A stretch of 32,000 bases of DNA from an uncultured Rhodospirillaceae bacterium (lineage in GTDB: Bacteria; Pseudomonadota; Alphaproteobacteria; Rhodospirillales; Casp-alpha2): the NCBI GenBank assembly GCA_913030825.1, contig CAJWCU010000029.1, positions 1-32,000 of the forward strand, in the 5' to 3' direction. Position 1 is the first letter of the stretch, and the number at the start of each line of letters is the position of its first letter. The position numbers were made by a program, and so were the translations under genes. Below, piece after piece: positions 1 to 5,743 of the stretch. The notes under the pieces were generated by a model. The model made no database searches. It had not been told where the DNA came from and saw only the letters and a program-made list of their open reading frames with translations.

Positions 1-310
1 CCCTGGCATGCTTTCTGGCAAGCTCGTCGGAATAGCTGGCACAGATCACCCTCAAACCTGGGTTATGGCCCAGCAGCCAGGCCGGGAAGGCCACGGTGGC
101 CGCGACGGACTTCAGGTAGCGAGGTGGCAACGTAATCACCAGGCGCTTGATCCCGCGCTGGGCCGCCCGCTCCAGGTAATGGGCCAGGACTTCGATGTGC
201 CAGTTGGGCTTGTAGGCTTGGCTGCCGTCGACGGTCACGAAGGTCTTGGCGATGAACGACGCCAAATCCTGGCGCAGCAACGCCTGCAAAACAGCCTGTT
301 CATCTGGCAT
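1..310 (-). CDS. Phage terminase large subunit, N-terminal part (gene continues past the window start)
   Basis: Reverse-strand translation from ATG at 310-308 gives MPDEQAVLQALLRQDLASFIAKTFVTVDGSQAYKPNWHIEVLAHYLERAAQRGIKRLVITLPPRYLKSVAATVAFPAWLLGHNPGLRVICASYSDELARKHAR, open to position 1. The pattern NWH...RLxIxxPPRxLKS...AFPAWLLGHxP is the N-terminal signature I associate with large terminases of alphaproteobacterial prophages and GTA-like elements. ATGA overlap with the stop (310-312) of the upstream gene. Missing from the ORF track because it has no stop inside the window. Confidence 0.75.
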   Translation of the reverse strand, partial: MPDEQAVLQALLRQDLASFIAKTFVTVDGSQAYKPNWHIEVLAHYLERAAQRGIKRLVITLPPRYLKSVAATVAFPAWLLGHNPGLRVICASYSDELARKHAR

Positions 311-690
311 CAGCTACCCTCCGATTTGGGCTTTTCGCGGGCGATATACTGCTCCAACAACGCCTGGTCGGTTTCAGACAAGGCCCCATCCTCCCCGTCG
401 TCCTGGTCAGCCAGGATATGCTGGGCGGCAAGCCTGAGGACCAGATCCATGCCCCTGGGGTCTCCCTTGAGGGCCTTGGCCAGCAGCGCTTTGACCACAC
501 CCTCCAGCTTGCTGATCTTTTTCTGGCGATCGCCCTCCCGGACGACGATGGTCTCCGACAGCTCGGCCTCCAGGATGGTCTTCAGGTTTTTGGCTCCCTT
601 GGGCCGGCCGCAGGGGTTACCGGAGAGACCTTTTTTGAACCGGCTGTGTTTAGGCGGCTTCTTGTAGCCGACCTCGTAATCTTCAGACAT
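310..690 (-). CDS. DUF5681-like small phage protein (putative small terminase / DNA-recognition subunit)
   Basis: Internal ATG at 690-688 gives MSEDYEVGYKKPPKHSRFKKGLSGNPCGRPKGAKN..., the GYxKPPxxxRFxKGxSGNPxGRPKG motif typical of DUF5681. It sits between the methylase and the large terminase. There is an 8-nt overlap (ATGTCTGA) with the methylase stop at 683-685 and an ATGA overlap with the terminase start. The track start at 795 lies inside the upstream gene. Confidence 0.7.
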   Translation of the reverse strand: MSEDYEVGYKKPPKHSRFKKGLSGNPCGRPKGAKNLKTILEAELSETIVVREGDRQKKISKLEGVVKALLAKALKGDPRGMDLVLRLAAQHILADQDDGEDGALSETDQALLEQYIAREKPKSEGS

Positions 691-2086
691 CGCAGCCGCC
701 CTCCCGGACTTGGTCCGGCATGCCTGCATCCTCCCTGTCATGGGATGCCTGCCGCGCGACCGCGGTCTCCTCAAAGGTCCCGCCCGTCGCCTCAAGGACA
801 GCAGACCGGCCCGTCAGGTCTTGCCACCTTCGGACCGACACATCCACGTAGCCTGGGGCCAGCTCCATACAGCGGGCCCGCCGGCCGACCTGTTCGGCCG
901 CCACCAGCGTCGTGCCGCTGCCCGCAAAGGCGTCCAGCACAAGGCCGCCCCGGTGCGAACAGTCGCGCATTGCGTCGGCCACCAGGGCCACCGGCTTCAC
1001 GGTCGGGTGCATGGCAAGCGCCTCAGCCCGGCCATCGTGAAGGCTGCTGACGCCCGGGTAGTCCCAGACGTTCGTCCGGTTGCGGCCATGGCAGCCCAGT
1101 TGGACGTTGTTCACATGCGGGGCCCGTCCCTTTTTGTAGACGAAGACAAGCTCGTGCTTGGAGCGGTAGAGCGAGCCCATGCCGCCGTTGTCCTTGTTCC
1201 AGACACAGAGGTTCTTGAGTTCCTGGTAGGCCTTTCGGCCGGCTGCGCCCAGTTCACCCAGGTGGCGCCAGTCCATGCAGATGAAGTGGATCGACCCGTC
1301 GACCGAGTTGTCCGCCAGGTGCCCGAGGGTCGTTTCCAGGAAAGCCTGGAACTCGCCCTCGGACATTTCCCCGGAGGCCATGGCGAATTCGTCATGGGCA
1401 TGCTTACCAAGCCCCGACACATGGCCATTGATCGGAACATTGTAAGGCGGGTCCGTGAATACCATTTGGGCTCGTTCGCCCTGAAGGAGCTTTTCGTAAG
1501 GCTCGGCTTCCAGAGCGTTACCGCAGATCAGCCGGTGCGGACCTAAGCACCAGACGTCGCCTGGCCGCGTGATGACATCGGTGGCTTTCGGCATCGCCGG
1601 CACGGCGTCCGCCTCGTCTGCGGGGTCTTCGCTGCCCTCAAGCAGAAGGTCGATCTCGGGCATGTCGAAGCCGGTCAACGTCACATCGAAAGCGACCTCT
1701 TCATCCAGCAGGAACTGGAGTTCATTTGCCAGAAGTTCAGGGTCCCAGCCGGCGTTCTCTGCAAGCTTGTTATCGGCGATGATGTAGGTACGGCGCTGTG
1801 CCTCACTCATGTCTTCCAAGCGGATGGTCGGCACCGATGCCAGACCCAGAAGCCGGCCGGCCTCGACGCGGCCGTGGCCGGCAATGATCCGGTCCTCCCC
1901 GTCGATCAGGACCGGGTTGGTGAACCCGAATTCCTCGATGCTGTCGGCGATCTGGCGGAGTTGTTTCTTGCTGTGGGTGCGGGGATTGCGTTCGTAGGGC
2001 TTGAGATCCGTGATGTTGCGGTAACGGACCTCAAGAGGCTCCCCGGAAGTTATCAAATCTTGTTTGGCGGAACGGTCGGCGGTCAT
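683..2086 (-). CDS. ParB-like nuclease domain fused to a beta-class DNA methyltransferase (N6-adenine or N4-cytosine)
   Basis: The N-terminus (YERNPRTHSKKQLRQIADSIEEFGFTNPVLID...IIAGHGRVEA) is a ParB/Srx-type domain. Motif IV FTDPPYN comes before motif I LDAFAGSGTTLVAAE, which is the beta-class order. Preferred start is ATG 2086 (MTADRS), preceded by GAAGGAGAAGG. The track start 2107 is also possible. Confidence 0.85.
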   Translation of the reverse strand: MTADRSAKQDLITSGEPLEVRYRNITDLKPYERNPRTHSKKQLRQIADSIEEFGFTNPVLIDGEDRIIAGHGRVEAGRLLGLASVPTIRLEDMSEAQRRTYIIADNKLAENAGWDPELLANELQFLLDEEVAFDVTLTGFDMPEIDLLLEGSEDPADEADAVPAMPKATDVITRPGDVWCLGPHRLICGNALEAEPYEKLLQGERAQMVFTDPPYNVPINGHVSGLGKHAHDEFAMASGEMSEGEFQAFLETTLGHLADNSVDGSIHFICMDWRHLGELGAAGRKAYQELKNLCVWNKDNGGMGSLYRSKHELVFVYKKGRAPHVNNVQLGCHGRNRTNVWDYPGVSSLHDGRAEALAMHPTVKPVALVADAMRDCSHRGGLVLDAFAGSGTTLVAAEQVGRRARCMELAPGYVDVSVRRWQDLTGRSAVLEATGGTFEETAVARQASHDREDAGMPDQVREGGCDV

Positions 2087-2441
2087 GGCCTTCTCCTTCA
2101 AGTTCAAGGAGAGCCCCGACGATCAATGTAAGTGATAAACGCGCGGGGCTCTGACATCTCTGCCAGCAGCCCCCGGCCGCTGTAGCCTTTGGGCCCCGCC
2201 CGCATTTAAGAAGCTCTCTCGACCGCCCCGCGTAACCAGAGCCCCGCCCTGGTACGAGATCCGCTTCGGCATGGCCCGATCATAGCGCGGGGGTTCAAGA
2301 GCCCAAAATGAAGAGCGCTCATATTTTGCACAATCTATTGTTTTGAATTGGGAATTTAGATTTCACGTCGTCCAAAATCGTGGACTTCGGCACGTGAACC
2401 CGTAACTTGAACGCGTCGAATCGGTAGAGACGGAGGGGCAA

Positions 2442-2843
2442 ATGGCCGACCGCATGACACTCGAGCGAGGCCGCTGGTACGCCTGGCAGATGCTGCCAGG
2501 GTATGTGAATGGCGCTTACTACTCACCGATTAGAGTGAATGAAGTTGAGCCCTTAAAGTCTGGGCAGTCGCGGATGAAACTCGACTATCTAAACGCGGCC
2601 TATGCCCAAGGGGTACAGTCTTTCAAAGATACCTTGCGCGTTCTTCTGCGCGCCGAGGATTACATGATCGTCGTTCGGGAGGAAGGGCAGGAACCCGCGA
2701 AAGTCCGGTCCGCGATCATCACCCCCATTACCTGGGACTGGTTGAGGCTGCATTTTGGTGGGTTTGTTCAAAACAACCGACCAAGACCCGACGAACTGTC
2801 CTCGGAAGGCCTCCGTGAATACCTTCAACGTGTCTTAACGTAG
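2442..2843 (+). CDS. Hypothetical protein (133 aa), no recognisable domain
   Basis: ATG preceded by GACGGAGGGGCAA (Shine-Dalgarno-like). First gene after the compositional drop at about 2300. I recognise no motif. Confidence 0.5.
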   Translation: MADRMTLERGRWYAWQMLPGYVNGAYYSPIRVNEVEPLKSGQSRMKLDYLNAAYAQGVQSFKDTLRVLLRAEDYMIVVREEGQEPAKVRSAIITPITWDWLRLHFGGFVQNNRPRPDELSSEGLREYLQRVLT

Positions 2844-3192
2844 TTTCGGGACCACGGCCGGGGCCAAATTTTTACTCCACATTCCGAAGACGATTTGTGG
2901 CGCGCCTACCGACTTCAATCGATCAGTGTACGGAACCGAACTTCAGAGCGGGGGAATTTCAGGGAGCACGGTCAAATCAAAGGGGCATTACTACACTTGG
3001 AGAGGTCGGGTTATTGGGTCAAAAACAGTATCTGGCGCTTCAGCGGGGACTTTGAATGTTCCAGTTTAGTTACCTCTGATCGCATAATTTGCGATCTGTA
3101 GGAAGAGCTTCAGAGCGCCAGAATAACTAGGCCCTAACAATGGGCCATTACGAAATTGGGGCCGATCATCTCCATTTGGATCAAAGGTGTGA

Positions 3193-4374
3193 TCATTTAA
3201 ATTTTTCAAAGTATCGGTTGATGCCATTCTCGAGAGCATTGACAGCTTTAGAATTACAGGTTTTTTGATCTCTAACGAATGTGTCGATGTCAGCGTCCGC
3301 CATGTTCACGATCTGCCCTATGCCCCCGAGTTTCCCGAACCATCTTCCGACGTCCTGTGATGATTTTGATTTTAACAGGGCGCCCAAGGCGTAGAGGCTA
3401 TATATGCCGTCGAGCGTTTTACGTTTTGCCTGATTGGAAGACGACAAAAATCGCCCGCAAGTTTGTTCAAGTCTCTTTGATGCCTTGATCACGTATATTG
3501 ATGTGAGGCTCTTTTCGGTGTCTTGCTGGTTCAACAGCGCCTTGTAGTTGGAATGATAAAGCCACTCCATGACGTGAGGAGCTTTGAACCTACTCTCAAC
3601 AAAATAAGTTGACTGGGTGTGTCCAGCGATTGGGCCTGACGATGTTTTTAACTGCGTGGTCACAGCGATCGAGAAAAAGACCGAAAACAGGCCCACCGCC
3701 AACCATGCACCGCCTCCGGCCCAATTGCGGCCACCTTTCAATCGCAAATACGTCCGCAATTGTTCGGACGTTTGATTGTGAAGTGCGCGGCCCACGCGCA
3801 GGGTCTTGAAAACAGCACTCCGATAGAAATAGTTGCCGAACAGCCCCATGAGCAAAAATGAAATCGAACCGGATGCCAGAAATCCAAGGATGATCGCGTC
3901 CCCTTTGACAACACCTTGACCCAAAAAGAGGACGGTCAGCAGGAAGTGAACGCTCGAAAAAACCGCAATCAGTGTAAGCGCGTGAATGTGCATTTTCCGA
4001 AAACCAAGCCAGATAGGCCCCAACAGACCCGCGACCCAATTGAAACTGATATTGGATCCCTTGATGGACATTTCCCGCCAGTGAACCCAATACCAGTCAT
4101 GATTTTCGCCGACCAGGTCCGCGGCATGATCTTTGGTCAAGGTCTCACCACGCCATTCGAGGGTGTCCTCAAATTTCGGTGTACCGGATTGCTGGCTTCC
4201 GTCGGACCTTGATGGGGAAGACGCCGACGCTTCATTCGGGTTGATGTTTCGGTTGTCTTCAGTCCGTTCCGAGTCGGCGCTTGGCGATTGGCTAAACACA
4301 AAACCGCAGTATGGACATTCATTCGGCGTACCGTAGGTCCGCTTTGAACATTCTGGGCAATCTATGTGAGACAC
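3193..4374 (-). CDS. Zinc-ribbon / DUF2628-like multi-pass membrane protein with an unknown C-terminal domain
   Basis: GTG start preceded by GGGGGAGG. The N-terminal CPECx(11)CPYC is a zinc ribbon, followed by a low-complexity S/P/E linker. FNWVAGLLGPIWLGFRKMH plus 3-4 hydrophobic helices resemble DUF2628. The roughly 150-aa C-terminal region is unassigned. Confidence 0.65.
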   Translation of the reverse strand: MSHIDCPECSKRTYGTPNECPYCGFVFSQSPSADSERTEDNRNINPNEASASSPSRSDGSQQSGTPKFEDTLEWRGETLTKDHAADLVGENHDWYWVHWREMSIKGSNISFNWVAGLLGPIWLGFRKMHIHALTLIAVFSSVHFLLTVLFLGQGVVKGDAIILGFLASGSISFLLMGLFGNYFYRSAVFKTLRVGRALHNQTSEQLRTYLRLKGGRNWAGGGAWLAVGLFSVFFSIAVTTQLKTSSGPIAGHTQSTYFVESRFKAPHVMEWLYHSNYKALLNQQDTEKSLTSIYVIKASKRLEQTCGRFLSSSNQAKRKTLDGIYSLYALGALLKSKSSQDVGRWFGKLGGIGQIVNMADADIDTFVRDQKTCNSKAVNALENGINRYFEKFK

Positions 4375-4433
4375 GTGCGCCTCCCCCTATATTGTTCAGT
4401 CAAATGTTTGGCTAAGTCGATTGAGCAGCGGGC

Positions 4434-5528
4434 TCACCTCTTTGGCCAAACCTTCTCCATCCCGTAGACAAAGAGGTCAACGTTCTTACCTGCGCCGTAG
4501 GCCTCTATCGCGAACATCCCCCGCGTCCCGGCCCTGCCACTAAATGACATCTGTACATTTGCGCAACGCTCCAGATTTTTTCTCAATAGATCCGAAAAAC
4601 GCTTCTTACGTTTCGATTTCACCCGCCATGAGACCTTCAATACCGTCGCGTTGAAGCGGTCGGAAACCTCATAGATTTTGCATTGGGCGCCTGCGGGGCA
4701 GTAGGTAGACGTCCAGAAAGGCGATGGCCAATACTTTGGCTCGCGCTTTTTCCCGATGAAATCCTTGAACCTGTTTTCGGACCCGGCCAATAGCCTGGCA
4801 GCCATGTCGCAGGTTTTCATGTGTTGAAGTAGTGCATCATCCGAATAGTCTGTTTGCTCGTTTTTCTTCTTTGAAGACTCCTCGGTTTTCGAAGGGGCAC
4901 TGCTCCCGACTTTCTCCAGCGCGAACCAAGGCGTCGTTCGAATGAGGCGAACAAATTCCAGGTCGCCAAACAGGCTCTTGATTTCCGTGGTCGACAGCTT
5001 GCCGGTGAATGAATACGAACGCTCTCCCTTGAACATCAGATTGAGCCCGTGTTTTTTCGCTAGACTGATCGCTCTGTCATTCGCGACACGCTTGCCGTCT
5101 GATTTTGCGTCTCGAATTGCCAGGAACTCGAACGACCATTTCCCCGCCGAACCGTTCGGCGAGATTTTGGCGTAGAGCATTTCGTTGTTCTTGAAGGCTT
5201 TATCTTTTGTGTCGAACAAAAGCAAAAAACCGGGTGTTGCAAGAGGCAGCACATAGAATGGAAAGATTTTCTTCGATTTCGATTTGTCATCCCGAACGCT
5301 TAGTGTGTAGGCGCCATTCCCGCCTTGGATCAAGACGACTTCACCGGACGGTTTGCCGACTTCATCAAATGATTTGTACTTCCCCGGCAGGCCCCGGATC
5401 GTTGCGAGATCCGATTTCACGATCGTCGGCCGCGGACTTCCGATGCAGCCGTAAAGGAGCATGCCCGCAAGAATGAGTGCCAGGACGGCAAGGCTTCGTT
5501 GCACAAGGAAATTGGCGGTTCGGATCAT
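4434..5528 (-). CDS. Putative lipoprotein (364 aa), function unknown
   Basis: ATG preceded by GGGAAAGAGAG. Signal peptide with a lipobox-like LLYGC (MIRTANFLVQRSLAVLALILAGMLLYGCIGS). It lies 59 nt upstream of, and is co-oriented with, the zinc-ribbon membrane gene, and is divergent from the TIR gene. Confidence 0.6.
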   Translation of the reverse strand: MIRTANFLVQRSLAVLALILAGMLLYGCIGSPRPTIVKSDLATIRGLPGKYKSFDEVGKPSGEVVLIQGGNGAYTLSVRDDKSKSKKIFPFYVLPLATPGFLLLFDTKDKAFKNNEMLYAKISPNGSAGKWSFEFLAIRDAKSDGKRVANDRAISLAKKHGLNLMFKGERSYSFTGKLSTTEIKSLFGDLEFVRLIRTTPWFALEKVGSSAPSKTEESSKKKNEQTDYSDDALLQHMKTCDMAARLLAGSENRFKDFIGKKREPKYWPSPFWTSTYCPAGAQCKIYEVSDRFNATVLKVSWRVKSKRKKRFSDLLRKNLERCANVQMSFSGRAGTRGMFAIEAYGAGKNVDLFVYGMEKVWPKR

Positions 5529-5743
5529 AGTCTCTCTTTCCCTGGTCGATGCTAGTTATACTAATGCGGCGACGTAAGCGCCAAGCGTTTATGCTCACTA
5601 AGAATAGATACGCAAGGATTTAAAGCAAAATTTACAAGTAAAGAATGTGCAGAATAACCTGCTTCCTTTACGAGCTTATGGATCCTGACTATCATTTTTT
5701 TGTGAAGAGCCTGCTCCGCATTTAGGCTGATCCTGGAGATAGA

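Noticed and set aside
8-667. 219-aa plus-strand ORF (and 418..1050, 710..1546) overlapping the terminase, DUF5681 and methylase genes
   Set aside because: These are antisense shadow ORFs in high-GC DNA. The products are Gly/Arg/Pro/Ala-rich with no motifs, while the opposite strand encodes clearly recognisable phage proteins.
2283-2310. tRNA-like T-arm resemblance (GCGGGGGTTCAAGAGCCC) at the compositional junction, possibly a tRNA 3' fragment or att site
   Set aside because: The stem does not pair properly: position 61 would be G opposite G53. No acceptor stem, CCA context or other tRNA arm can be drawn, and I cannot support a tRNA or an att site from this.
2895-3101. 68-aa TTG-initiated ORF between the orphan gene and the zinc-ribbon gene
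   Set aside because: No SD, an odd composition and no motif. It is most likely non-coding spacer.
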